A stretch of 64,000 bases of DNA from an uncultured Thalassospiraceae bacterium (GCA_965368165.1 CBDULT010000004.1:90349-154348); one strand, 5' to 3'. Positions 50,358 to 61,036 are shown, numbered from the stretch's first letter. Notes: generated by a model from the sequence alone, not told the origin. Made by a program: numbers and translations.

Positions 50358-51469
50358 AGTATTTTTGTCTTTCCTCCGACATAAAGCCGATGATAGCGAT
50401 TGCCGAGACTGGTTAAAATTTCATAGCCAATAGTGCCTGCATTCTTTGCAACAACATCTACCGGGTTGTGGGGCCCGATGACATCAACAAACCCTCCAGG
50501 CTTTGCTAAATTTTCAGGAACTTTGGTCACATCTACCGCGATTAAGTCCATTGAAACCCGTCCTACCACATCTACCTTGAAATCGCCAATAGCCACTTTG
50601 GCTTTGCTGCTGAGAGATCGTAAATAGCCGTCTGCGTAACCCACTGCTACCGTTGCTATTTTCCCCTTCTCGGTCACTTTATGAGAGGCACCATAGCCAA
50701 CGGTCATAGGGCTGTCAACGTCACGAGTTTGTAGAATTTTTCCTTGTAAATGAACGGCTTGGGCCATGGGGTTGGGGATTTCCGGACGGGGATTAATGCC
50801 ATAAAGAGCGCAGCCAGGGCGAACCATGTCTAAATGAAAGAGGGGGCTGAGATAAATTCCGGAAGAATTAGCTAAGCACTCTCGCCCAATAGGGATCATA
50901 CGTCGGATTTCTGTGAAATTGTTAAGTTGGCGGTTGTTCATGGGGTGGTCGAGGACATCGGCACAGGCTAAATGGCTCATGCAAAGACGAATATCCATAT
51001 CGGCTAAAAGCTCTGGACGTTCATAAAGCTCAAAGCGTTCATCGGGTGCGAGCCCGAGACGGTTCATACCCGTGTCAAAGTGGATATCGGCAGGAAAAAC
51101 CTGTTCCTTCCGCCCACAGTGGCGTTTCCAGTCTTCAATTTGAGTGAGAGTATTCAGGACCGGGATGAGGTTGTATGCGGTGAAATCGTCTTCAGTGTTA
51201 AGCAAGATACCATTGAGAATATGGATATCGGCCTGGGGAAGTATCCCCCTAAGCTCAATGCCTTCGTCGAGGGTGGCGACAAAGAAGGTTTTACAGCCTA
51301 CCACCTCCAAAGCAGGGGCCACCTTTGCCACACCAAGCCCGTAAGCATCCGCCTTTACCACTGCCGCACATTCTGCCCCTTTTGCCGTCGCAGAAAGCAG
51401 CCGATAATTTGCCGTAATCGCATCAAGGTCAATGGTCAGTAGCGCTGTGTCGCGTGGTGAAGGATGCAT
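50354..51469 (-). CDS. alr: Alanine racemase
   Basis: PLP-lysine motif AVVKADAYGLG. 371 aa. 4-nt overlap with mlaE. Confidence 0.92.
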   Translation of the reverse strand: MHPSPRDTALLTIDLDAITANYRLLSATAKGAECAAVVKADAYGLGVAKVAPALEVVGCKTFFVATLDEGIELRGILPQADIHILNGILLNTEDDFTAYNLIPVLNTLTQIEDWKRHCGRKEQVFPADIHFDTGMNRLGLAPDERFELYERPELLADMDIRLCMSHLACADVLDHPMNNRQLNNFTEIRRMIPIGRECLANSSGIYLSPLFHLDMVRPGCALYGINPRPEIPNPMAQAVHLQGKILQTRDVDSPMTVGYGASHKVTEKGKIATVAVGYADGYLRSLSSKAKVAIGDFKVDVVGRVSMDLIAVDVTKVPENLAKPGGFVDVIGPHNPVDVVAKNAGTIGYEILTSLGNRYHRLYVGGKTKIL

Positions 51470-51683
51470 AAGCCTGTGAAACCCCGTCCCCGGTTAGATT
51501 GTTGTTAGGAAAAGAGTGTAGGGAAGGAGGGGAGGAGGTGCAATTTACTTTTCACTGCAAAACTGATTTTCTTCGCCTGGTGCGTGACGGCCTAAAATCG
51601 GTCATGTTGAGAGGGTGTATTGAGCCACAGAGATCACCCGCTGATATATAAAGCTCTATGAAGTTTGGGCAGAACTAAAGCCC

Positions 51684-53210
51684 CTAATGATCAGGAATAT
51701 GATCATCCTCTGCTAAATCACCGAACCTTGCGAATTGGCCGTCGAAGAAGAGGCCGACGGTGCCGATGGGGCCATGGCGTTGTTTGGCGATGAGGAGTTC
51801 GGCCTTGTTGCCGACTTCCTGGCAGCGCTGAGCCCAATGTTCATAGCGTTCTGCATATTTGTCGGCAGATTCGTCGGCCCGTTGCAGGGGTTCGGCCCGT
51901 TGCAGATAATATTCTTCCCGGAAGATGAACATCACAACATCAGCATCTTGCTCGATGGAACCTGATTCACGTAGATCAGAGAGTTGCGGACGTTTGTCTT
52001 CGCGACTTTCCACGGCCCGGGAAAGCTGGGACAGGGCAACGACAGGAACTTGGAGTTCTTTGGCGAGCCCCTTTAAACCACGGGTCATTTCAGAAACTTC
52101 CTGAACTCGGTTGCCTTGAGATGAGCCATGGGTCGGTGGGCTGAGAAGTTGCAGGTAATCGACAATGATCATGCCGAGTCCGTTTTGCCGTTGCAGCCGC
52201 CGGGCGCGGGTACGCAGGGCACTAACAGTGAGAGCAGGGGTGTCATCAATATAAAGAGGCAACTTATAAAGTTGCTGGCTTTCTACCACCAAGCGGTCGA
52301 ACTCTTCATCGGTCAGATTGCCTTTACGCATTCCGTCAGAGGAAATGCTGGTGCGTTCAGATAAAATCCGTCCGGCTAACTGATCGGCGGACATTTCCAA
52401 GGAGAAAAAGGCCACCACGCCGCCTTCTTCACCGTGAGATTCTTGATAGGCCGCGGCGGCTTTGTAAGCAATGTTGGTGCAAAGCGCGGTCTTCCCCATG
52501 GAGGGACGAGCAGCGAGGATAAGAAGATCAGAAGGGTGAAGGCCGCCCAAGGTTTTATCCAAATCCCTGAGACCCGTGGTGCAACCCGCAAGGCCTCCAT
52601 CGCGTTTATGAGCCGCTTCGGCTATGTGAATGGTTTCGACCAGAGATTCTTTAAAGTGTTTGAAGCCGCCTTCGGTTTCGCCCGTGCTGGCAAGGGTGTA
52701 GAGCCGTTGCTCTGCCGACTCGATCTGGTTCATGGCTTGAGATTCGAGGTCACCGCCAAAAGCATCGTTAACCACATCTTCGCCCAAGCTGATCAATTCA
52801 CGTTTGAGGTGGAGGTCATGGATAATACGCCCATATTCTCCGGCGTTGATAATGGTCACTGCTGAGGCTGCTAGCTCACCCAGGTATTTCACCCCACCAA
52901 CTTCTGCCAGGGTTTCATCCCGTTGGAAATAGTTGTTTAAGGTCACTGGGTTAGCAATTTGTCCACGCTCAATAAGCAGAGCGACTGCTTCATAAATTTT
53001 ACCGTTTATGGGGTCAGCAAACTGGGTCGGGCGCAGAAATTCCGAGACTTTTTCATAAGCTTTGTTGTTGGCAAAGATGGCACCCAACAATGCTTTTTCA
53101 GCCTCATAGTTATGGGGTGGGGTACGCAATCCGCTCGCAGCGGAAGTCCCGTTGTTCTCATTTTCGGCCTGCTCAAGAGCAGGATGTTTAATCGGTTCAA
53201 CCATGTCCAT
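51684..53210 (-). CDS. dnaB: Replicative DNA helicase DnaB
   Basis: PPHNYEAEKALLGAI N-terminal motif, Walker A ARPSMGKTAL, and the IIVDYLQL and QLSRAVE..R.D.RP.LSDLRESGSIEQDAD motifs. Confidence 0.97.
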   Translation of the reverse strand: MDMVEPIKHPALEQAENENNGTSAASGLRTPPHNYEAEKALLGAIFANNKAYEKVSEFLRPTQFADPINGKIYEAVALLIERGQIANPVTLNNYFQRDETLAEVGGVKYLGELAASAVTIINAGEYGRIIHDLHLKRELISLGEDVVNDAFGGDLESQAMNQIESAEQRLYTLASTGETEGGFKHFKESLVETIHIAEAAHKRDGGLAGCTTGLRDLDKTLGGLHPSDLLILAARPSMGKTALCTNIAYKAAAAYQESHGEEGGVVAFFSLEMSADQLAGRILSERTSISSDGMRKGNLTDEEFDRLVVESQQLYKLPLYIDDTPALTVSALRTRARRLQRQNGLGMIIVDYLQLLSPPTHGSSQGNRVQEVSEMTRGLKGLAKELQVPVVALSQLSRAVESREDKRPQLSDLRESGSIEQDADVVMFIFREEYYLQRAEPLQRADESADKYAERYEHWAQRCQEVGNKAELLIAKQRHGPIGTVGLFFDGQFARFGDLAEDDHIPDH

Positions 53211-53320
53211 TTAGATATCAGAGAAATGCTATATTCCTTTAATTTATTCGCCTGTGGAATATGGGGATAACGGGGGCAGTTTTCAAAAACTTCGTTTGCT
53301 TTTTTGTCTCCCGAGGGTGA

Positions 53321-55270
53321 TTAGGCTGCTTCGACACAGTTGCGACCGCTGCTTTTGGCGGCGTAGAGGGCTTTGTCCGCGCGTTTTAGCAACGCATCGG
53401 GGGTATCGCCTTCTGCTAAGCTTGAGGAAACGCCAATACTTGCTGTTAGTTTGAATTCAAGTTCTTCTGATTGAATGGTCAAGTTCGAAATACCCTCCCG
53501 GATACGGTCGGCTGCTTCCATAGCGGAGACTTTGTCAATTTCTGGGAGGATGATGGCGAATTCTTCCCCGCCAAGGCGACCAAAACTATCTTCATCACGG
53601 AGGGTCGTTTTGCAGAACTTTGACACGGCTTTCAAAGCTTCGTCACCTGCTGCATGGCCATGGGTGTCGTTAATCTGTTTAAAATGGTCCAAGTCGAGCA
53701 TGAGGAGGGAAAATGGGCGTTGGTAGCGTTTTGCCCGGTGGAGTTCGGTGGCGCATTTTTCCATGAAACTGCGGCGATTGTCGGCCCCGGTGAGGCCGTC
53801 AATTGTTGCAAAAACACGTAACTGTTCTTCATATTCTTTGCGGTCAGTTATATCGTGGGCGATCCCGACGAAGGATTGGATGCTGCCATCGGCCTCATGG
53901 ATGGGGCTTAGGCTTAAGTCTCCCCACCAAACTGAACCATCATTGCGAACAAAACGGTTCTCCAATTGGCAGTTTTCAGATTTTCCTGAGGTTAAGGCTT
54001 CAAGTTGTTCCCTTAGGGCCGTTAGGTCGTCTGGATGAGTTATTTTTTCTATGGTGGGGCAGTTGTTGCGGTTGCGACAATTTTTATGAGAAGTCCCCAT
54101 CATCTCTGACCAGGTTTCGTTACATTGAAAAATGCGTCCGAAACGATCTGAGAGGGTGATACCGGCGCCGGCATGTCGGAAAATAGCCCGGTAGAGTTCT
54201 TCGCTTTTGCGGACTTGTTCGCGGGCTACTTTTTGTTCAGTAATGTCGATTGCAGCCCCTGCCATCCAGGTTACACGTCCATTTTCGTCACGTTTGCCAA
54301 TGGCTTGCTGACGGACGTGATGGTATTTATCCATATCGTCTCTCAAGCGATATTCGAAATGAAAGGTTTCGGTCTTTCCTTTCACATGATCAACCATCTG
54401 GCTGCGGAATTCATCAACATCATCAGGATGGATACGGGCGATCCATTCAGCAGGGGTGACAGGCTTATCCCGAATGCCGAAGGCATTGCCCTTAAACAGA
54501 GCGATGGTTAATTTATCTTCTGCAACTTCCCAAGTATAAATGTGATCTGCGGAGGCTCTCATTGCAAGAGCGTAGCGTTCTTCGCTTTCTTTGAGGGCGG
54601 CTTCTACTTCATTTCTAACCGTAATTTCTTCTTGAATTCGCAGGGAGTCGACAAATTCAATACGTTCAAGTTTCTGCTCCCTGTAAGTATTAACGGCACC
54701 AATGAGGTTACTGCATAAAAAGACAAACAAGATAAGAGAAATATTTTCATGAATTGTTGGATGAAAAGATGAATTGGCGAGGATCACATAAGAAATGGAA
54801 ATAATTAGCCCTGTCAGGACTTTATAGATGAAACGGTTTGAGACAAAAAAGTAAAAATGTAAAACAGTGACTTGAACCGTCAGCGCATGATAGATTGTCC
54901 CCATTTGCTTAACATCAATGATGAAGGATTGAACCAAGACAAACACGATACTTGCGATAAAAACATAATTATCTGCTTTGGTTGGTGTCTTTGTGCGGGA
55001 CGCGAATATCAGTAGCCCCCCACCAGAGATGACCATTATGGCGCGGGCTAAAAGAACTTGTTGGAACTCGGGAGAATTACCCAAAGAGATAAAGTCGGAA
55101 ATACCGAGAAGGGCATAAATAAACAGGCCTAAAATGCTGCCGAATTGAAGGCGTTTGGTCCAGACGTCAAATTTGGCACGCCTGAAGTATTCTTCCAGTT
55201 CAGGCGAATTAAATTCACACGAAACAGTAGATATCGTGTCATTTTGTAATAGACGTTGGATTGTCCGCAA
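53321..55270 (-). CDS. Membrane sensor diguanylate cyclase (multi-TM N-domain, two PAS, GGDEF)
   Basis: About 6 N-terminal TM helices, two PAS-like regions, and GGEEF (RLGGEEFAIIL) with an RxxD I-site (RDED). TTG start as listed. Confidence 0.85.
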   Translation of the reverse strand: MRTIQRLLQNDTISTVSCEFNSPELEEYFRRAKFDVWTKRLQFGSILGLFIYALLGISDFISLGNSPEFQQVLLARAIMVISGGGLLIFASRTKTPTKADNYVFIASIVFVLVQSFIIDVKQMGTIYHALTVQVTVLHFYFFVSNRFIYKVLTGLIISISYVILANSSFHPTIHENISLILFVFLCSNLIGAVNTYREQKLERIEFVDSLRIQEEITVRNEVEAALKESEERYALAMRASADHIYTWEVAEDKLTIALFKGNAFGIRDKPVTPAEWIARIHPDDVDEFRSQMVDHVKGKTETFHFEYRLRDDMDKYHHVRQQAIGKRDENGRVTWMAGAAIDITEQKVAREQVRKSEELYRAIFRHAGAGITLSDRFGRIFQCNETWSEMMGTSHKNCRNRNNCPTIEKITHPDDLTALREQLEALTSGKSENCQLENRFVRNDGSVWWGDLSLSPIHEADGSIQSFVGIAHDITDRKEYEEQLRVFATIDGLTGADNRRSFMEKCATELHRAKRYQRPFSLLMLDLDHFKQINDTHGHAAGDEALKAVSKFCKTTLRDEDSFGRLGGEEFAIILPEIDKVSAMEAADRIREGISNLTIQSEELEFKLTASIGVSSSLAEGDTPDALLKRADKALYAAKSSGRNCVEAA

Positions 55271-55425
55271 CCGCAGCCCCCTATTTTAAGAGCAACCTGC
55301 TTGCTGTGGGTTGCACTATTTGCGCGGATGGTGGCAGAAAGCGATTTGATGTCCAACGTTTTTTACGGTGCGTTCAATCGTTTGATTTTATATTAATGAG
55401 AGTGCTTTTTGTTTTTTCTTGCGAC

Positions 55426-57816
55426 CTAGAATGGAATCAATTTAAGCTTTCCTATAGCCCCTTTTTCGTACTCTTCTTTTTTTGTTGTCAGGGGAAAATA
55501 TTCGAGTTTGCTCCAAGGGGTTGCCATGTTGTCATAAAATGGTGAGAGAGGGCTCCCTGCCTGTCCGGTTGAAAAAATGAACTGAGATTTATCTAAATCA
55601 GAAAGATCATAGATGGCTCGTAAGGATGCGGCATGCTCGTTGGCAAAGGGTTGATTTTCTACCTCAAAGCTGTGTCTTCCGACATTCACAGTGTAGGTCC
55701 CCCCCCCCGAAGGGACTTTGATGTCAAAAATTTCTTTAAGACCCCCAACCTCCGTAAAAGGACGATGATCGCTGTGGGCAAAGTGGGCTATACCCCATTG
55801 CCATTTTTCAGGTGAGCCATAACGCTTTTCCAAGTCGGTGAGAGCTGTTTTAAGGGCTTGTCCAACTTGTTGTTGGCAAGTTTCCTTGTTGTTGGTTTTA
55901 ATATCGTCACACCATTGGCTTTGCCCGTCTTTGTCCCGGAGAATATTCGACATAAAGAGAGGGCGATAATCCCAGTTTTTGGTCAGCAAGGTTCCTATTT
56001 CATCGCCATAAATATTGCGGGTCATTTCCCGGAACCATGCGGTAAAAATAAGGGGCTCAGGCTTATCTAGTTTCATTTCATAATCCCAGGCGGCTAATAG
56101 TTTGGCCGCTGGGTTTTGGGCCTCGGAGTCAGGTAAAGCCTTAAGCATCAAAGGGAGAAGTTCTTCTGCCATCAGAGATTTTATATCAGACTGAAGAGCC
56201 TTAAAGCTGGCAACCGAATGCTTTTCCTTGGCAGCCAGAAGCTGGTCGATGCGATCTGCTCGATAGGGCAAGGTCCAATCGTGCGTGATAAAGTGGGGGT
56301 AGCTCTCGGAAACAATTTTTTGATTAGCGGTACGGATTATTCCACTTGCCGGGTTGTCGGTCTGGGGCAGTTCACCATAAGGGATAAAGCCATCCCAGTC
56401 GTAGGTCGCATCCCAGCCCGGGACAGGCATAACGCCTCTGATTTTATTTTCCGGTTTTCTGATCGGAACCCGTCCGGGGGCATAGTAGCCAATATTCCCG
56501 TTGGTATCGGCAAAAACGATATTCTGTTCAGGTGAATGGAAATCTTGAAGAGCCGTTTTAAATTCATCGACATTGGTGGCGCGCATAATGTTGGCTGCTG
56601 CTTGCGCGGTAAGGTCGTCGTCTCTCAGGGTTGTCCAGGCAAAAGCAAGATGGAATCCTTTCGGCAGAACTTGGTTTGTCGACTCTAATATATCGGAAAT
56701 TATTGGCCCATGGCGACTGCTGCGCAGGGTCACTTTTACAGGCTCACTATCTTTGACTTTGATTTCCACGTCACGTGTTGTGAAGGCCATAGGGCCATCA
56801 GGGGCCATGTAAAAACCGGGTTTCCCCGGGATGGATTTTTCAATGAAAAGGTCTTGAACATCCGGGGCGGTATTGGTGAAGCCCCAGGCCATATGCTTGT
56901 TTCGACCCAAAACAATACTTGGAACCCCAGGCAGGGTCGAGCCGATAGCGTCAATATCCGGTGTTTTGATATGGGCGTAATACCACAACGCTGGGGCTGC
57001 TAACCCAAGATGAGGGTCATTAGCGAGGAGGGGTTTTCCTGTTTCGCTCAGCTTGCCACTGACAACCCAATTGTTAGACCCGGCCCCATCAGGGAGGTTT
57101 TCTGGTGCCATGGCCACCAGCTTGTCTAAATCTAAATCGAAACCCGCAAAAAGTTTCTTTAATTCAGGAAGGGGGACGGCTTCCTCACCAGGGTAAGGAG
57201 GCATGATTTGGGAAACTTGTGTTGGGGTCAATTTTTGCAGGAGTTGGAAACGGAAAATTTCTTTGGTCCAGTTATCCCCAAGGTCCCAAGCCATCATTTT
57301 AAGCCAAACTAGAGAATCCGCCACTTTCCAAGGCTCAGGCTTGATCCCCAAGATGATAAATTCAGGAGGTAGGGCACCCTCCCAGTTTTCCAGAGCGGCA
57401 TTAACCCCTTTAACATATGTGGTCAGATTTTCCTGGGTTTCTTCGTTGAGGTTGGCGAAAGTGCGTTCTGCATGGCCGTAGACATCAAGGGCACGCAGGA
57501 ACTTATCGGTCCCAAGACCTTTGTCGCCAAAAATTTCAGAAAGACGTCCAGCGCCAATGCGTCGGTTCATCTCCATCTGCCAGAGGCGGTCTTGTACATG
57601 GGCATATCCAAGGCCAAAAAGGGCATCTTTTAGAGATTTGCCTGAAATATGGGGGACACCTTGTTTGTCCCGCAGAATTTCAATCTCGCCATCAAGTCCT
57701 GAAACCTTTACGGTGCCGTCCACCTCCTGAAGGGAACTGTCTAGATAAAGGTACCCCCCGCCGGCAACTACCAGTATAAGAAGTAATAGTCCTGTAAATA
57801 TTTTACGAATCATCAA
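55426..57816 (-). CDS. Penicillin-acylase-family Ntn hydrolase (possible acyl-homoserine-lactone acylase)
   Basis: Signal/anchor sequence. Autoprocessing/nucleophile site ..DGAGSNNWVVSG. 796 aa two-chain architecture. Confidence 0.88.
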   Translation of the reverse strand: MMIRKIFTGLLLLILVVAGGGYLYLDSSLQEVDGTVKVSGLDGEIEILRDKQGVPHISGKSLKDALFGLGYAHVQDRLWQMEMNRRIGAGRLSEIFGDKGLGTDKFLRALDVYGHAERTFANLNEETQENLTTYVKGVNAALENWEGALPPEFIILGIKPEPWKVADSLVWLKMMAWDLGDNWTKEIFRFQLLQKLTPTQVSQIMPPYPGEEAVPLPELKKLFAGFDLDLDKLVAMAPENLPDGAGSNNWVVSGKLSETGKPLLANDPHLGLAAPALWYYAHIKTPDIDAIGSTLPGVPSIVLGRNKHMAWGFTNTAPDVQDLFIEKSIPGKPGFYMAPDGPMAFTTRDVEIKVKDSEPVKVTLRSSRHGPIISDILESTNQVLPKGFHLAFAWTTLRDDDLTAQAAANIMRATNVDEFKTALQDFHSPEQNIVFADTNGNIGYYAPGRVPIRKPENKIRGVMPVPGWDATYDWDGFIPYGELPQTDNPASGIIRTANQKIVSESYPHFITHDWTLPYRADRIDQLLAAKEKHSVASFKALQSDIKSLMAEELLPLMLKALPDSEAQNPAAKLLAAWDYEMKLDKPEPLIFTAWFREMTRNIYGDEIGTLLTKNWDYRPLFMSNILRDKDGQSQWCDDIKTNNKETCQQQVGQALKTALTDLEKRYGSPEKWQWGIAHFAHSDHRPFTEVGGLKEIFDIKVPSGGGTYTVNVGRHSFEVENQPFANEHAASLRAIYDLSDLDKSQFIFSTGQAGSPLSPFYDNMATPWSKLEYFPLTTKKEEYEKGAIGKLKLIPF

Positions 57817-57870
57817 TTCCGCCTCAAATTAATCCCTGTTTCCACCATGGTGGCATTTAAATAGAGCTAT

Positions 57871-58758
57871 GTGAATGATTTTATAATGGAAGAGAAAGAC
57901 AGTTACCTAAAGTATATTTTGGCAACGATTGCGGGGATTGGAATATTGACCGTGATGGATGGTCTCGCCAAGTCTCTTGGGGATACGGTTCCGGTCTTGC
58001 AAATTATTGCCATACGGGGGTGGATCATCGTCATTTTGATGAGTTTTTGGGTTCCCCGTGCCGGGGGATTTAAGGCCCTTAGAACGGCCCGCCTTAAAGG
58101 GCATCTTTTTAGGGTGGTTGTTGGTGGGGCCGCGCCTTTTTTCTTTTTCCTATCCCTGACAAAAATGCCTTTTGCCGATGTGACGGTCGTGGTTTTTTGC
58201 TCCCCCTTTATCGTCACGGCACTTTCTGTATTTGTTTTTAGGGATCATGTCGGTTTTCGTCGCTGGATGGCGATCGCTGTGGGTTTTGTTGGCGTTTCTA
58301 TTGCGCTTCAGCCTGGTGTTAATACGTTTAATCCCGATGCAATTTATCCCCTCGCGGCGGCTTTTGCTTATAGTGGATTGATGATTGCCGGACGGTTTTT
58401 AGCGAATACAGAATCGACCTTTAAATTGGTTTTTTTCTATAACATTGGCATTGCGCTGTTGGCGACGCCAACTTTTTTAATTGGATGGGTGCCTCTTGAT
58501 AACCTCCAACTTTTGAAGTTGGCCGTGATGGCGGTTTGTGCAGTTTTTGGACATCTGGGGCTGACCTTTGCTTTTAACAATGCTCCAGCCTCCGTGGTCT
58601 CTCCCTTTGAATACACTTCTTTGATATGGGCGACATTGATCGGTTTTATTTTTTGGGACGAACTGCCTGGGTTTGCCGTTGTTCTTGGTGCTGCAATTAT
58701 TGTTGCAAGCGGGCTCTACTCAATCTATCGAGAAACTCGCTCACAGCCCAAATTTTAA
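57871..58758 (+). CDS. DMT-superfamily (EamA-like) transporter
   Basis: About 10 TM helices in two EamA-like halves. GTG 57871 or ATG 57886 start. Confidence 0.75.
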   Translation: MNDFIMEEKDSYLKYILATIAGIGILTVMDGLAKSLGDTVPVLQIIAIRGWIIVILMSFWVPRAGGFKALRTARLKGHLFRVVVGGAAPFFFFLSLTKMPFADVTVVVFCSPFIVTALSVFVFRDHVGFRRWMAIAVGFVGVSIALQPGVNTFNPDAIYPLAAAFAYSGLMIAGRFLANTESTFKLVFFYNIGIALLATPTFLIGWVPLDNLQLLKLAVMAVCAVFGHLGLTFAFNNAPASVVSPFEYTSLIWATLIGFIFWDELPGFAVVLGAAIIVASGLYSIYRETRSQPKF

Positions 58759-59690
58759 GGGGCGAAACTGAGCAGCATAAGGGTAACAGGCATGGCAACC
58801 ATCGCGGCTAAGGTGGTGACTGTAATGATCCCTGCCATGGTGGTGGCATCTCCTCCCATTTGGCGGGCGAGCACGTATGAAGATGCCGAACAGGGGAGAG
58901 TGGCATAGATTAAGGCTATGGTTCGAGTTAAACCTTCAACGCCAAAAGCATTGCAGCCAAGGTAAGTTATTAAAGGAAGGACGGCGAGTTTAAGGACCGT
59001 TGAAAGAACGACGGCAGAGGCATTTTCTTTGGCGGCTTTGATATCAAGACCTGCACCAACAGCCAGCAAGCCGATAGGTAAGGCGGCACGTCCCAGGATT
59101 TCTAATAAAGGGCCAATGACAAAGGAGGGAAGCCCCAGGCCAGAAATGTTGAGCAATCCGCCTCCCGCACAGGCGAGTATGATCGGGTTTTTAATCACTT
59201 CCAGGAAAATGGCATTCCGCTTGGGGACTCCGCCTAAGTCATTATTACCAAATCGCACCATGGTGGTGACGGCAAGAAAATTAACCAAGGGGACGATGAA
59301 GACAATACAAACGGCAGTGAGGGTTAACCCAGGTTCGCCAAACAAGGCCGCGGCAGCAGCAATACCAACATAGGTGTTGGGTCTGATCGCTCCTTGGAAA
59401 AGAGACGTGAAAGTTTCCCCCGTCATTTTTAGGCGGGGTTGGAGCCAGAGATTTAAGGCGGAGACCAAAAGAACGGCAAAGACTAAAGCTGCGGCCATGG
59501 GCAATATTTTTAGTCCAGCCAGCTCAGCTTTAGCCGAGTTAACTACCAACAATGCAGGGAAGAAAACGTAATAGGTGAGGGTTTCTGCCGTTTTCCAAAA
59601 GGCTTGTGGCGCAACTTCTCGCTTTCTTAGATAATAGCCCAAAATGATCAGGGCGAAAATAGGGATAAGAGCAAGGGGTACTTGAAACAA
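58755..59690 (-). CDS. AEC-family (auxin efflux carrier-like) membrane transporter
   Basis: 311 aa with about 10 TM helices. N-terminal PIFALIILGYYL and central/C-terminal repeats typical of AEC/Mrp-like permeases. Confidence 0.7.
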   Translation of the reverse strand: MFQVPLALIPIFALIILGYYLRKREVAPQAFWKTAETLTYYVFFPALLVVNSAKAELAGLKILPMAAALVFAVLLVSALNLWLQPRLKMTGETFTSLFQGAIRPNTYVGIAAAAALFGEPGLTLTAVCIVFIVPLVNFLAVTTMVRFGNNDLGGVPKRNAIFLEVIKNPIILACAGGGLLNISGLGLPSFVIGPLLEILGRAALPIGLLAVGAGLDIKAAKENASAVVLSTVLKLAVLPLITYLGCNAFGVEGLTRTIALIYATLPCSASSYVLARQMGGDATTMAGIITVTTLAAMVAMPVTLMLLSFAP

Positions 59691-59705
59691 TGTTAAGAAA
59701 ATACC

Positions 59706-60476
59706 TTAAGGGAGGTGCGCCTCTAAACCCTTCCTTTTAGCAAAAGCCTGTAGGGCACCTGAAGAAAAAATATTATCAATAAGCTGATTAAACGTTTCAA
59801 CCGTAATGGGGGAATGATTACCAATAATCGCTCTCATTTCATAGCCTTGATCTTTGCGGTCAGAAATCATGAGCTTTGATTTTTCTCCGGGTTTTTTTTG
59901 GAGGTAATCTGATAGAAATGATTGGGTAACGACGCCAATTTCTACTCTGCCATTTGCGACAAGACGGATGATGTTTTCTGGATTGTGGCTCAATGATATT
60001 TCGAAGTTTTCTTGGAGCCATTCCGGGTCTTTGCTAAAGCCAGCAAACCCATAATGGTACCCAAATACACCTGCGATACTTTTGCTGCCAATCGTCGAAA
60101 AATATTTTTGGGTACGTCCTTCTTTTGGTTTGGCAATATACACCTCACCCCCAATGAAAAATATTTTTGATGAGCTTATATGTTCGGCATATTTTTCCCA
60201 CCCCCAACCGGGCATTTCAAAAAGAATGAGGTCGGCTTTTTTCTCTGTGATTTCTCGGTAGCGTCTATTAGGAGAGGTCTTTTTGAAGACAAATTCAAAG
60301 TCATTTTGCTGGTGGTTAAGCAGTTCTATGAAATCTGCCGTTACACCACCATTATCGGCAATGTTTACATATGGCGGAAATGTATACCCGCTTACTTTTA
60401 CAATGGTTTTTGCATTTGCTCCTTCATAGCTGAAGAGGAGGCAAGTAAGAAAAAAAAGCCCTAATCGTTTATACAT
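59706..60476 (-). CDS. Periplasmic substrate-binding protein (family 3 / transporter SBP-like)
   Basis: Signal peptide, then the ..V.VSGYTFPPY. pattern of type-2 periplasmic binding proteins. No adjacent permease or ATPase. Confidence 0.5.
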   Translation of the reverse strand: MYKRLGLFFLTCLLFSYEGANAKTIVKVSGYTFPPYVNIADNGGVTADFIELLNHQQNDFEFVFKKTSPNRRYREITEKKADLILFEMPGWGWEKYAEHISSSKIFFIGGEVYIAKPKEGRTQKYFSTIGSKSIAGVFGYHYGFAGFSKDPEWLQENFEISLSHNPENIIRLVANGRVEIGVVTQSFLSDYLQKKPGEKSKLMISDRKDQGYEMRAIIGNHSPITVETFNQLIDNIFSSGALQAFAKRKGLEAHLP

Positions 60477-60562
60477 TAATCAAAAGTGCCTTTTTCGTTT
60501 AGTCGTTATACAATAGGGTATTCTATATTTTTACATTATGTCTATGGCAATTTGCAATGATT

Positions 60563-61036
60563 CTAAGGGGTAGGTGTTTGATTCGCGTCAAGTGCCCCTT
60601 GCAGGATATAAGCTGCTGCTGCTTTGTCGACAACTTCTTTGCGGCGTTTACGGGTCATATCAACTTCCCCGATAAGGATGCGTTCTACGGCGGCAGAGGA
60701 GAGGCGTTCATCCCAAAAAGCAATGGGGATATCTATTTTTTCCAAGAGGTTGATGGCAAATGTCCGTGTCGATTGACAGCGGGGGCCTTCGCTTCCGTCC
60801 ATATTTAAGGGCAAGCCAAGGACAAGGCCGCCAACTTCATGGGTTTCTATAAGGTCGATCAGTGTTTGTGCGTCTATTTTGAATTTTGTGCGTCTAATTG
60901 TTGTCAGGGGCGAGGCAATGGTTCGCATAACGTCGGTTAAGGCGAGGCCAATTGTCTTTCCGCCTAAATCTAAGCCAAGGATACGTTGGCCAAACTTAAG
61001 ATTTTTTATTAATTCTGATACGTCAACAACCGCCAT
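60563..61036 (-). CDS. ruvX: Holliday junction resolvase-like RuvX (YqgF)
   Basis: ILGLDLGGKTIGLALTD N-terminal catalytic motif, DERLSS motif. 157 aa. Confidence 0.92.
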   Translation of the reverse strand: MAVVDVSELIKNLKFGQRILGLDLGGKTIGLALTDVMRTIASPLTTIRRTKFKIDAQTLIDLIETHEVGGLVLGLPLNMDGSEGPRCQSTRTFAINLLEKIDIPIAFWDERLSSAAVERILIGEVDMTRKRRKEVVDKAAAAYILQGALDANQTPTP

